From the NCBI GenBank assembly GCA_022843085.1, contig JALHOI010000001.1, positions 1 through 40,447 on the forward strand: a stretch of 40,447 bases of DNA, given 5' to 3'. Origin of the DNA: Pseudobdellovibrionaceae bacterium. Lineage in GTDB: Bacteria > Bdellovibrionota > Bdellovibrionia > Bdellovibrionales > JAMPXM01. Position 1 is the stretch's first letter. Each line of letters starts with the position of its first letter. The notes under the pieces are model-generated. The model was not told where the DNA came from. It made no database searches and saw nothing but the letters and a program-made list of their open reading frames with translations. Shown here in pieces: positions 10,051 to 19,141 of the stretch. A program made the translations under genes and the position numbers.

Positions 10051-10581
10051 ATGCGTCACTTTTTATCTGTTCTTCTGCTCAGCACAGCGGTCGTTCTCAT
10101 AGCTCTGGCGGGCTCGATGGCCGGCGCCGAAGGCAATTTTGATTCTCTGCAAGGGCGAACACAAGTCAGCGCCTCAGGATCCGCATCTTACAGTACTTAT
10201 TCGCAGTTTAGCTGGTCGGCGTCGGGTTCGGCCTACCACTACATCACTTCAAATTTCGGCGTCGGGGGACAAGCTTGGGTCTCGACAACGATTGACTCTT
10301 ACCCCCATTACTATTCGGTCGGGCCGTCGGCTGAATATTTTATTCCTGTCAGTTCGCGGGGTCACATTTTCGGTCAGGGAACTTTCACCGTCAGTGGAGT
10401 TGAGAATTCGAATTCGACGTTCGGGCTGACTGCGGGTCTCGGCTATCGCTACTTTGTTAGCGAGGACATTGCTCTTCACGCGAAGCTAGAAAAATCGTGG
10501 TCGAAAGATAACCTCTCGGGTTCGAACATTCGCACCTACGACGCAGCCAATCTACTCATCGGATTTTCGCTATTTTTCTGA
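10051..10581 (+). CDS. Small outer-membrane beta-barrel protein (OmpW/OmpA-N-like porin-family fold), hypothetical
   Basis: The ORF is 176 aa with a signal peptide (MRHFLSVLLLSTAVVLIALAGSMAGA). Alternating aromatic and G/S-rich strands follow, and the C-terminal residue is Phe (IGFSLFF). An AAGGGG Shine-Dalgarno sequence precedes the ATG. Confidence 0.65.
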   Translation: MRHFLSVLLLSTAVVLIALAGSMAGAEGNFDSLQGRTQVSASGSASYSTYSQFSWSASGSAYHYITSNFGVGGQAWVSTTIDSYPHYYSVGPSAEYFIPVSSRGHIFGQGTFTVSGVENSNSTFGLTAGLGYRYFVSEDIALHAKLEKSWSKDNLSGSNIRTYDAANLLIGFSLFF

Positions 10582-10583
10582 TT

Positions 10584-11669
10584 GTTTGGCCCGCACCTAA
10601 CGGAATGTAATCAAAGCGCCCTAGTTCTTTTCGCCGAATCGGATCAAAACACTCGGGATCGAACTTCAGTGGATCTGTGAAGACTGCGGGGGTTCGGTGC
10701 AGCAAAAAGTACTTGTTGATACGATCGCACCGTTTGGACTTTCAACCCCTTGAAGTGTCGTCGTTCGAATTGCTGTACGCGGGATTGCCCAGATTGGCCG
10801 GTACAGCCGCAAACTCTCTTCGAAGACTGCTCGAGTGTACGTCAAGTCTCGCAAATGTTCGAGCTTGGGTTTGCTATCGCCGACGACTCGTGCAATTTCA
10901 TCTCGGATTTTCGCTTCGACTTTGGGACGTTTCGCTAGGCAGTGGATTGTCCAGGAAAAGCCGTTTGCAGTGGTCTCGTGTCCGGCCATCAACATCGTCA
11001 TAACTTCGTCGCGCAAGTCTGTATTCGAAAAAGAAGATCGTGCCGAGCTTCATTCTGCAAACGGCGCTTTTTAATAATCGCGTAGATGATTTCGTTCAGT
11101 TCTTTAAGGCGGTGATTAAATTCGCGATTTTTCGTGTTGGAGATTTTTCTCAGGAAAGGGATTCCCTCAAGATGGTAGAAGATTTGTGGAAGAATCAAGG
11201 TTACGGCTTCGCCGATTCGGGTTGAGTCTTTGGCGGTATCGAGCCCGAAAAGACTTTCGGACACGATCTGAAGTGTGAGTTTCAGAAAGTCGAATTGTCG
11301 CGCAGATTCGCATCGTGGTTGAGCGACTGCTCCCCGTCTCGCATCAGGCGGTCGGTCGACCGAACCATCACCTCAAAAAAGCCGTTGATGCTTTTCATGT
11401 GATAAGCCGGCTGCCCGAGGCGGCGGTGTTTGCGCCCCTTTTCACCATCGGTCGCAATTGAGACCGTAGCCGAGAAGTTGACTGAGTTCTTCGAAAACAC
11501 GTTTTCGGACGAATCCATTAAGAATTAAATTCGTCAGGAAAAAACCTGGCTGGGGTTCGTTTGTGACGATGCTGATCAGATATGGAAATTCAGCCAAAAA
11601 AGAAACGGATCGGGCGTCACCGGGCCCCGGTGCACGAGTAAGCTGTCTTAGAGAAAAACGCGCGGTCAT
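10584..11669 (-). pseudogene. Decayed cytochrome P450 gene (multiple frameshifts, internal deletion, heme-ligand loop lost)
   Basis: Four successive minus-strand ORF fragments (11442-11669, 11282-11518, 10998-11264, 10666-11016) plus a hand-translated shifted frame carry colinear P450 pieces. These are GEKGRKHRRLGQPAYH, FDFLKLTLQIVSESLFG, LRDEVMTMLMAGHETT (I-helix), EESLRLYRP (ExxR), INKYFLLHRTPAVFTDPLKFDPECF and FDYIPLGAGQT. The similarity ends without the Cys ligand, directly beside the stop of the opposing OMP gene. Confidence 0.8.
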
Positions 11670-11916
11670 TTTGCGGGTCGCTCATTTCACACTCTTTGAA
11701 ATAGAATAAAAAGTCGTTTGCGGGGCGAACCTTCTGTGGTGCTCCGCCGTAAAAAGTGTCGACGATGCCGTAGACGGCCGGGTGCGCACGTGCATTTTTT
11801 CCAGCACTCTCGGGCACTGTCGACATTCGCTCGTCGGGGGCCGCACAGCTGGCCATTGAGAAGCCGAAGAGCAATGAAGTGAGGGCCAGTGCTAAAAGAC
11901 TCCGACCAGATTGCAT
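11617..11916 (-). CDS. Putative small lipoprotein (hypothetical)
   Basis: The internal Met at 11916 gives MQSGRSLLALALTSLLFGFSMASC, a signal peptide with a lipobox-like Cys. The product would be 99 aa. It is divergent from lpxC and overlaps the 5' remnant of the P450 pseudogene. Confidence 0.4.
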   Translation of the reverse strand: MQSGRSLLALALTSLLFGFSMASCAAPDERMSTVPESAGKNARAHPAVYGIVDTFYGGAPQKVRPANDFLFYFKECEMSDPQNDRAFFSKTAYSCTGAR

Positions 11917-12041
11917 CTCGCTATCATCGAAAAAATGATCGAAAGAGTGAAGCTTCTTTGCAACGTGGCGACCAATCTCTCGACCTTTAAACAACACTTT
12001 CAAATGTACCATCGGCAGACGAATGCGGCTAGGGTTGTGAC

Positions 12042-12950
12042 ATGTACCTTCAGCGGACAATTCGAAAGCGGGTCACTGTCAATGGTATCGGTTTGCACAC
12101 CGGTCAGCCGGCTTCGCTCTCGTTTCGGCCCGCGCCGCCAGACTCTGGTATTCATGTCGTGCGAACGGACCTTCCAGGGTCGCCCTCGATTCCCGTCCGG
12201 GCTGAAAATATACAAGCGACATCGCTGGCGACGACTCTAGGCGGAAAGGCATTTTCAGTATCGACAGTTGAGCACTGCCTTTCGGCGCTCGCCGCCTACC
12301 GAATCGACAATTTGTTTATTGAGCTTGATGGACCTGAGATTCCAATCGGCGACGGATCGGCACGTGTATTTATGGAGGCGTTGCTTCTTGCGGGCTTTGC
12401 CGAGCAAGAAGAACCGCGTCGCTATCTTTATGTCACCGAACCCGTTTTTTTTGGAGACGGCGACAAACACGCCTATGTGGTGCCGTACTCGGGTCTTCGC
12501 GTGACGTGCACCATCGATTTTCAGCATGCCGCGATCGGCCGCAGTCGCATGGATCTCGACATCAACGAAACAAGCTTTAATCGTGAGATTGCTCCGGCCC
12601 GAACGTTTGGATTTTTAAAAGACGTCGAGGCGATGAGGCTTCGCGGGCTTGCACGTGGTGGCAGTCTCGAGAATGCGATTGTTCTGGGTGACGAAGGTAT
12701 ACTGAACCCCGAGGGTTTGCGTTTTCCTGACGAGTTTGTTCGGCACAAAGTTCTCGACGCGCTTGGGGATTTGGTCACATTGGGGCGCCCGCTGCTTGGG
12801 CACCTCGTCTTATTCAAAGCGGGCCACGACGTGATGAGCAAGCTCGTTAAAAAAATTCTCGCCAGCCCTGATCGCACCAAGTCGATTGAACTGGGTGGCG
12901 ACTTCGCGACTCCTGTCGCGACGACGATCGCAGGTCTTACACGCAGCTAG
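12042..12950 (+). CDS. lpxC: UDP-3-O-acyl-N-acetylglucosamine deacetylase
   Basis: The N-terminus is typical of LpxC (MYLQRTIRKRVTVNGIGLHTGQPASLSFRPAPPDSGI...STVEHCLSAL...GPEIPIGDGSA). The C-terminal region also fits (FVRHKVLDALGDL...AGHDV). Confidence 0.95.
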   Translation: MYLQRTIRKRVTVNGIGLHTGQPASLSFRPAPPDSGIHVVRTDLPGSPSIPVRAENIQATSLATTLGGKAFSVSTVEHCLSALAAYRIDNLFIELDGPEIPIGDGSARVFMEALLLAGFAEQEEPRRYLYVTEPVFFGDGDKHAYVVPYSGLRVTCTIDFQHAAIGRSRMDLDINETSFNREIAPARTFGFLKDVEAMRLRGLARGGSLENAIVLGDEGILNPEGLRFPDEFVRHKVLDALGDLVTLGRPLLGHLVLFKAGHDVMSKLVKKILASPDRTKSIELGGDFATPVATTIAGLTRS

Positions 12951-13007
12951 CCAGCGCTTGCCTCTACGAAGAGCTTAAGCTTTACTTCGGGCCTTCAAGG
13001 GGAATTT

Positions 13008-14126
13008 ATGGCGAAACGCATTGTGATTGGTGTTCCGAAAGAAATAAAAATTTCTGAAAATCGAGTTGGATTAACTGAAGCTGGAGTCAAGCAGCTCGTG
13101 CTTGAAGGCCACACCGTTTTTGTGCAAAAAGATGCGGGTCTCGGTAGCCGCATCACCAATGAAGATTACGAGCGTGCCGGCGCGAAAATTGCCGACTCGG
13201 CCAAAGACGTTTACGGCAAAGCTGACATGGTGATGAAGGTGAAAGAGCCACTACCAGACGAATACGAACTTCTTCGTGAAAATCAAATTCTCTACACGTA
13301 TCTGCATCTCGCGGCGGAAGCGAAACTGACAAAAGTTTTGATGGATCGCCGAGTGAAGGCCGTTGCTTACGAGACCATTCAAGCGGAAGACGGTTCGCTT
13401 CCACTTCTGACTCCGATGTCTGAAGTTGCCGGCCGAATGGCGTCGCAAATCGGTGCCTATTACCTTCAAAAAGATCATGGCGGGAAGGGCATTTTGCTTG
13501 GCGGAGTCACGGGTGTGAACCGAGGCAAAGTGACGATCATTGGCGGCGGAGTTGTCGGAATCAACGCTGCGAAAATGGCTGTCGGCCTTGGTGCCGAAGT
13601 TACAATTCTCGACGTCAATCACAAGCGGCTTGAGTACCTCGATGACGTTTTTCAAGGTCGGGTCACGACGCTGCACTCGAACACTGTCAATATCGAGAAT
13701 AGTGTCGTTCAGTCTGATCTCGTTGTCGGTGGAGTTCTCGTCACGGGTTGGAAAGCACCCGTACTGGTTACAAAATCGATGATCGAACGCATGCAGCCGG
13801 GTTCAGTCGTTGTCGATGTCGCCGTCGATCAAGGCGGTTGCATCGAAACTTGCCGACCGACGTCGCACCAGAATCCTACTTATGAAGTTTCGGGAGTCAT
13901 CCATTACTGCGTGCCGAACATGCCGGGGGTCGTAGCCCGTACTTCGACTTACGCACTAACGAACGCGACTTTTAAGTACGGATCGATGTTGGCGGCTCTC
14001 GGCGTTGAAGACGCGATCGCGAAAGATAAGGCCCTGTTTGCTGGGCTGAACGTCTATAATGGGAGTGTTGTTTACGAACCCGTCGCAAAGTCTTTAGGTA
14101 TGGAGTACAAGCCGTATCGCATTTGA
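13008..14126 (+). CDS. ald: Alanine dehydrogenase
   Basis: The ORF is 372 aa. It contains [21 protein letters not shown] and a Rossmann motif ([28 protein letters not shown]), and has typical Ald length and termini. Confidence 0.93.
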   Translation: MAKRIVIGVPKEIKISENRVGLTEAGVKQLVLEGHTVFVQKDAGLGSRITNEDYERAGAKIADSAKDVYGKADMVMKVKEPLPDEYELLRENQILYTYLHLAAEAKLTKVLMDRRVKAVAYETIQAEDGSLPLLTPMSEVAGRMASQIGAYYLQKDHGGKGILLGGVTGVNRGKVTIIGGGVVGINAAKMAVGLGAEVTILDVNHKRLEYLDDVFQGRVTTLHSNTVNIENSVVQSDLVVGGVLVTGWKAPVLVTKSMIERMQPGSVVVDVAVDQGGCIETCRPTSHQNPTYEVSGVIHYCVPNMPGVVARTSTYALTNATFKYGSMLAALGVEDAIAKDKALFAGLNVYNGSVVYEPVAKSLGMEYKPYRI

Positions 14127-14130
14127 TGTT

Positions 14131-14157
14131 AAAAAGGCCGGGGCTGTGAGGCCCCGG
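14131..14157 (-). terminator. Hairpin terminator between convergent ald and ComEC-like genes
   Basis: There is a perfect 7-bp stem, CCGGGGC (14138-14144) paired with GCCCCGG (14151-14157), and a 6-nt loop. On the minus strand the hairpin is followed by CCTTTTT. No T-run follows it on the plus strand. Confidence 0.65.
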
Positions 14158-14158
14158 A

Positions 14159-15241
14159 TCACACGAGTGCCGTTAGTCCCTGGTGCAGCACGATTGATGC
14201 GACTACTCCAATCAGAATGACGATCAGGGGTCTTAGCGGACTTGCTTTGATCGATTTTGACCGTGGGTTTCGGTGAGATCTCACGAGCAAGGCGCACGTC
14301 GCGCAAAACACAGAGACCACCATGACGAGCGAAGAACCGAGATCTGAAATGAGTGGTTGGGCGTGACCTAATCGGGGGGTCGGCGCTGGCAAGGCGTCCG
14401 CCAAATGCCTGACAGCGGCCGAGAGGCTTGTCCAAACCAAATCGAAAACTGAGCCAAGCCAAACGGGATCGGACGGGTTCCCTGAAAGAGCGGGCAAGAT
14501 ACCACTTAGCCAGGTCAGCATCGCCAGCGGAATCAGCGTTGCTCCAAGAAGCGGCGCGATTACGAGATTTGTCATCGTCGTCAGCGGATGTGGCAAACCG
14601 AACGTAAACAGGAGTGGGGCCAAGATCCACCAGACCGCGATTTGCAGGCCGACTCCACTGATCATCTGGTGCCGATAAAGTGATCGTGACGTTGTTTCGA
14701 CGACGATCGACGCAAAAAACGAGAGGGCGAGCGAGAGAAGATCAAAGACATTCGCGCAGAATGGAAGTGCGATCCAGGTCGTAAAGAGAGAAATTTCGGG
14801 CCTACGCCATCCGCGCCGTTCAAGTCGCGACCGGCATAGCCATTCGATCAGAGATCTCAAGACCGGAGGTTGCAGACGATTCGCAAAACTAAAAAAAATG
14901 AGAATGAGCGCAGCCGTATTCCATGCAGATCTCTTCGAGAAAAATCGCCGAGCCCACCGACTTTCGAAGATGTGCAAAAGTAGCGAAGCGAGTATCGAAA
15001 GATGACCTCCGGACACCACGAGGATGTGAATTAAACCCAAATTCTTCCAAGATTGAGTCATCGACGAATTCGGTAAGGAGCGACCACAGACGAGTGACTG
15101 AATTTCATTTTTTGTTTGGGTCGATGGGGCGATTTTCAAGCACTGCTGGTAAAATGGCTCGGTTACTTTTGCTCGCAATTTTGGCAGGTGTTGAAAACTC
15201 AAAATGGTCAGCAGAAAAAGAGCGAGTGCCGATCGAATCAT
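14159..15241 (-). CDS. ComEC/Rec2-family membrane protein, short form (competence domain only)
   Basis: The ORF is a 360-aa polytopic membrane protein. It carries the ComEC-type motif NLGLIHILVVSGGHLSILASLLL. It is too short to contain the N-terminal OB/DUF4131 module or the C-terminal metallo-beta-lactamase module. Confidence 0.65.
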   Translation of the reverse strand: MIRSALALFLLTILSFQHLPKLRAKVTEPFYQQCLKIAPSTQTKNEIQSLVCGRSLPNSSMTQSWKNLGLIHILVVSGGHLSILASLLLHIFESRWARRFFSKRSAWNTAALILIFFSFANRLQPPVLRSLIEWLCRSRLERRGWRRPEISLFTTWIALPFCANVFDLLSLALSFFASIVVETTSRSLYRHQMISGVGLQIAVWWILAPLLFTFGLPHPLTTMTNLVIAPLLGATLIPLAMLTWLSGILPALSGNPSDPVWLGSVFDLVWTSLSAAVRHLADALPAPTPRLGHAQPLISDLGSSLVMVVSVFCATCALLVRSHRNPRSKSIKASPLRPLIVILIGVVASIVLHQGLTALV

Positions 15242-15466
15242 TTCAGGTGTTTAGCGCAAGATGCGGGCTAGCCGCGACCTTCAAAAGTTTATGTCATTTT
15301 ATGACAGACATCCGAGTTTCGGATTTAAGGAGCAGAACAGAATGTCAGACCAATCTGTTATTTTCCGTGATTCTTAAGTCGAAACAACAGCTTATGGCAT
15401 GTATAAAGTGTCAGCAATTGCTTGAAAGCCTTATCCAGTCACGGGTCTAAGGTCTAAGGATACGAG

Positions 15467-15499
15467 TCATCCACAACCATTGTGGATAACTGTGGGAAA
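15467..15499. promoter_or_regulatory. Inverted pair of DnaA-box sequences plus a degenerate third box
   Basis: TCATCCACA (15467-15475) has one mismatch to TTATCCACA. TGTGGATAA (15481-15489) is the exact reverse complement of TTATCCACA. Together they form the palindrome ATCCACA-accat-TGTGGAT. TGTGGGAAA (15491-15499) is degenerate, and TTATCCAGT lies at 15431-15439. Confidence 0.45.
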
Positions 15500-15620
15500 T
15501 CTTCGTTGAGAGGTTCACTCGAATCCAATCGGCTGCAACCTCACTCGCTCGATAACCAAGCCTAGACCCTTGTTCTTCCTGGCTTTTCAATGGGCGAGGC
15601 TCTCCCTATCATGGAGGGAG

Positions 15621-16499
15621 ATGAATAATAAAAAACGGTTTTCGACTTTGAAGGTTGGCGGACTCATTCTGGGGTCCGGGCTCATGATGAGCACGTTACT
15701 GGGGTGCGCAACGCATCGTGCAACAAATCGTGCAGCGCATTCGAATGAAGCCCGAAAAATGGCCCGGCTCGAATCGCGACTTCGTCAGGCACAACTGCAA
15801 ATTGAAACGCTGCGCGAGCACAATTGGGTTCTGAGAAATCGCATCAAGATTGTGCAAGAAAATGGCGGAGTTGATCCTCAAACTGCGCCCGAGCCGCTGG
15901 CCGCTTTCAGCGGGACACAGCTCGATGTTCCGATCAGTCCCACCAGGCAAAATGTCGCGCTGACCCCGAGAAGACAGCGCGCCAAAAGTCTTCCGCCGAA
16001 AGTTCGTTCGGTGGCCCAGGCACCCAAAGAGAAAGGTGAACAAGCTGACAAAGTTCTCGTTCGAACCGTGATCGACTTACTCAAAGTGGGCGATGAAGCC
16101 GAGGCCAACCGGACAGCGGCGCTTCTGGAAAAATCGTATCCTGAATCCGAGTGCGTTTCTGAAGCTCGGTTTCAACAGGGCCTTTTCTACTTTCGGAAAA
16201 AAAATCTAACTCAAGCTGATCGTTTTTTTCAGACGACGCTCGAGCTTCCTCGGGCGCATGTCCGCGCTCGCGCGGGAGCGTCTCTCATGCGTGGAATTAT
16301 AGCGCGTCGACTTGCGGTCGCATCGCTTGAGTCAGGGCGCAATTCACCTGCGGCCCAGGCTAATCTCGGACTCGCGAAAAGAAGTTTTGAATATGTACGG
16401 AAGCAATTTCCGAAGTCGCCAGAGGCTCGACGTGCCGGTCGCGAATTAAAAAGTATGACCGCCTTCGCGCGCGCGGGCAACGTGTCGAGGATTCAATGA
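15621..16499 (+). CDS. Lipoprotein with N-terminal coiled coil and TPR-like C-terminal domain (CpoB/YbgF-like architecture)
   Basis: The Met at 15621 follows a GGAGGGAG Shine-Dalgarno sequence. The product begins MNNKKRFSTLKVGGLILGSGLMMSTLLGC (lipobox). A coiled coil (ARKMARLESRLRQAQLQIETLREHN) is followed by TPR-like helices. Confidence 0.6.
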   Translation: MNNKKRFSTLKVGGLILGSGLMMSTLLGCATHRATNRAAHSNEARKMARLESRLRQAQLQIETLREHNWVLRNRIKIVQENGGVDPQTAPEPLAAFSGTQLDVPISPTRQNVALTPRRQRAKSLPPKVRSVAQAPKEKGEQADKVLVRTVIDLLKVGDEAEANRTAALLEKSYPESECVSEARFQQGLFYFRKKNLTQADRFFQTTLELPRAHVRARAGASLMRGIIARRLAVASLESGRNSPAAQANLGLAKRSFEYVRKQFPKSPEARRAGRELKSMTAFARAGNVSRIQ

Positions 16500-18292
16500 A
16501 ACGCAGAAATTTAAAGCTTGCGACAACCGTCGCGGTCTCACTGCTTCTTTTAAACTTTGTGAATTCGGGCGCGCGTGCTCAAGATTTAGACTCGTCGCTT
16601 GAAAGTGAACTCGACGCGCTGACGTCTTCGGGTGCTGCCAATTCAGATGCAGATCTTGATGTTGTTGATGACGAGCCGCTGCCAGACCCGTTTGCCGACT
16701 CTGATCTGCAACCTCTGGAAAGTGATAAGAACCCTCCGTTGAAGAAGAGTACGACATCAAAAGCGGCGCCGAAGGCACCGTTATCAAAAATGGCACCCAA
16801 AGCACCAGTACAAATTCGCAACGAGCCGCCGGTCGAACCCGAAGTCGCGCCGAGGGTCGCACCAAGCGTAGCCGATTCTCTCGCACCGAGGTCGGATGAA
16901 CCGAATGAAGCTTTCGAAGCTCGAATGTCGGCCATTTATGCTCAGAATTCAGAGCCGGTAAGTGATGAAAAGTGGTCGGGCCTACTGGGTGAGCGTTCGA
17001 CTGAAAATTATTCGGTTCAGGCCGGCGATACGCTTTGGGATTTGAGCTCGACGTTGTTTGCTGACGGGTTCTACTGGTCAAAGCTTTGGGCCGAAAACCC
17101 CGAAATTCAAAATCCGCATCAAATCGCAAAAGGGCAAGCCATTCGCTTCATCGGTGGTACCGAGGCAGCGCCGCCTGAAATTCGAGTTGTCAAAGATGAA
17201 CCAGATCTGCTGACTATGCAGACCCAGGCTGCGTTTGAAAAAGAAGATGTGGTTCCCGCTGTTCAGGACGTGAGGCCCGAAGATCTCGTCGACATCGACC
17301 TTCAGTCGATACGAACACCACCACCCCAGGCGAAGTCACTGAATCAAGCTCCCTTTTACCAAGAGGACATTGAAGGAAAAGTGACTCAGGCCGACCTTGA
17401 ATCAGGAATTGTTATCGAGCAAGGCGAACTGATTCCAAGACCGATACTGCCACCACCATCGCAGAATAGGCGATCTGTGCTCGGTAATATTCCGCGTTCG
17501 TTTCCGGAGTATCGACCACGCAGTTACGATAAAAGTGTGACGATTCAACGACGAAACCGTGACGCAGAAAAGATACCGGGCGCAATTGTTCCGGGTTTCA
17601 TCGCCTTCGAGAATACCCCCGAGCCGATGGGAATTCTTGAAGAGGTCGACCAGGGCGAATTGATTGCGTCGATTGGTCAGTATGTTTACGTGCGCGGAAA
17701 CGAACCGCTAACAATCGGATCTCGCATGTATTCGGTTACGCCGCGGTTCAATGTGAATTCTCCTGCCAGCGGTCGCATTGGATCGGCGCTCGAGATCGGC
17801 GGCGTTCTGCGCATTCTTGACATCAGTGATTCGAAAACCAATTTGTATCGAGCCCAAGTGGTCTATGCTGTTAACCCGGTTCGCACCGGAAGTTTGGTGT
17901 TAGTGGGCGATCCGCCGCGGATTCCCGTTTCAACCGTCGGTCGCAGAATCAACAATGAGCTTACAATTGTCGGCGGAAGTTATTCAGACTCGCGACGGTT
18001 TTTCGGAGACGGCGCCACCGTATTTTTGGATACCCAAGATAGCGGCGTGCGCGTAGGCGACGTTCTTGCTGTGCAGGCAAGGCGCGGTGCGCGCAGAAAG
18101 ACAATCGCACCCGACCAAACTACCCCGATCGGAATTCTCAAGGTATTCGCAGTTTCTGGAAAGGTCGCGTCAGCCGTCGTGGTTCTTGCCGTTGAAGAAG
18201 TTCGAGTCGGAGACCGCACGGGTTCAAATTTTCCGGCGCGTATGCCTGATCTTAGAATTGAAGTGCCTCGCATAACCAAAGCAAGCGAGTAA
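16496..18292 (+). CDS. Secreted LysM-domain peptidoglycan-binding protein with large beta-rich C-terminal region (possibly TsaP-like)
   Basis: It has a signal peptide (MKRRNLKLATTVAVSLLLLNFVNSGARAQ), an acidic and Pro/Ala-rich linker, and a LysM domain (YSVQAGDTLWDLSSTLFADGFYWSKLWAENPEIQNPHQIAKGQAIRF). Its ATG forms an ATGA overlap with the upstream gene. Confidence 0.8.
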   Translation: MKRRNLKLATTVAVSLLLLNFVNSGARAQDLDSSLESELDALTSSGAANSDADLDVVDDEPLPDPFADSDLQPLESDKNPPLKKSTTSKAAPKAPLSKMAPKAPVQIRNEPPVEPEVAPRVAPSVADSLAPRSDEPNEAFEARMSAIYAQNSEPVSDEKWSGLLGERSTENYSVQAGDTLWDLSSTLFADGFYWSKLWAENPEIQNPHQIAKGQAIRFIGGTEAAPPEIRVVKDEPDLLTMQTQAAFEKEDVVPAVQDVRPEDLVDIDLQSIRTPPPQAKSLNQAPFYQEDIEGKVTQADLESGIVIEQGELIPRPILPPPSQNRRSVLGNIPRSFPEYRPRSYDKSVTIQRRNRDAEKIPGAIVPGFIAFENTPEPMGILEEVDQGELIASIGQYVYVRGNEPLTIGSRMYSVTPRFNVNSPASGRIGSALEIGGVLRILDISDSKTNLYRAQVVYAVNPVRTGSLVLVGDPPRIPVSTVGRRINNELTIVGGSYSDSRRFFGDGATVFLDTQDSGVRVGDVLAVQARRGARRKTIAPDQTTPIGILKVFAVSGKVASAVVVLAVEEVRVGDRTGSNFPARMPDLRIEVPRITKASE

Positions 18293-18370
18293 AGGCTCGT
18301 GACTGGAAAGTGAAGGCATCTAAACGCCGGTCGGACAAGAGTTTGGCCGGGGCATCTCTAAAATTCCGTT

Positions 18371-19141
18371 TTGTTGCACCTCGATTTTGAAGCAAGTGAC
18401 GAAATGGAAAATCAAACTGTTCGACCTCTTTCAAAGTTGTGCTTTCGCGATGTACCGCTTCTGTCCTCTGACTACCCGATCGCGCTTCGCGACCTGGCTG
18501 ATCCCCCTGCCGTTCTGACCGTTCATGGGGCCCTCGATTTTGATTCACTGCCGGTCCTCGGTATTGTCGGCTCGCGAGATTCAAGCGTGATGGCCGAATC
18601 GTGGCTGAGAAGGCACTTGCCCGAACTTTCGAAGATGGCGCTTGTCGTAAGTGGAGGAGCACGCGGAATTGACGAGTTGGCCCATCGAATTGCGATTTTT
18701 GAATCGCGCCCGACCGCGGTTGTGCTTCCAACGTCATTAGATTGTCCGTATCCGTCGGATTGGGCCGATCGAAGTGTTGAAGTCATTCGGCACGGGGGTT
18801 GTCTCATTTCGGAATATAAAAGTGGAACGCCGATTCGAAGATGGCATTTTGAAAAACGCAACCGCCTGATCGCGGCGCTATCGGATGTCGTACTCGTCGT
18901 CGAAGCAAGGCGACGAAGCGGCACCGGCATCACCGCTCGGCACGCCGGAATGATGGGCCGAACCGTGGCGACGCTTCCATGGTTTCCCTCCGATCCGCGA
19001 GGAGAGCTCTGTAATGATTTACTCGTCGATCGGGCCGCAGCTTTGGTTCGAAACTCCGATGACGTACGCACTTTGCTGACCTCAGCTGCCGCCGCGCGAC
19101 TACTGCGCATGCAGCGAGCTCTACTGGGTGCCGGTATTTAG
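18371..19141 (+). CDS. dprA: DNA processing protein DprA (Smf)
   Basis: The DprA Rossmann-like core is present: GIVGSRDSS...VVSGGARGIDELAHR...GCLISEY...FEKRNRLIAALSDVVLVVEARRRSGTGITARHA. The start is uncertain, either the TTG at 18371 or the ATG at 18404. It is a short form without an evident N-terminal SAM domain. Confidence 0.88.
   Translation: MLHLDFEASDEMENQTVRPLSKLCFRDVPLLSSDYPIALRDLADPPAVLTVHGALDFDSLPVLGIVGSRDSSVMAESWLRRHLPELSKMALVVSGGARGIDELAHRIAIFESRPTAVVLPTSLDCPYPSDWADRSVEVIRHGGCLISEYKSGTPIRRWHFEKRNRLIAALSDVVLVVEARRRSGTGITARHAGMMGRTVATLPWFPSDPRGELCNDLLVDRAAALVRNSDDVRTLLTSAAAARLLRMQRALLGAGI

Noticed and set aside
14094-15450. ORFs 14094-14630 (-) and 14923-15450 (+) overlapping the ComEC-like gene
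   Set aside because: They are alternative or antisense frames of a coherent polytopic membrane protein ORF, and their products are R/S-rich.
15431-15499. The chromosomal replication origin (oriC)
   Set aside because: There are only two good DnaA boxes and two weak ones. There is no pronounced AT-rich unwinding element, and no dnaA, dnaN or other origin-linked genes are nearby. A regulatory or titration site is more plausible.
16446-19110. Long antisense ORFs (16446-17129-, 16579-16935-, 18252-18737-, 18523-19110-) opposite the LysM and dprA genes
   Set aside because: They are R/S/P/A-rich shadow frames opposite genes that have clear family motifs.
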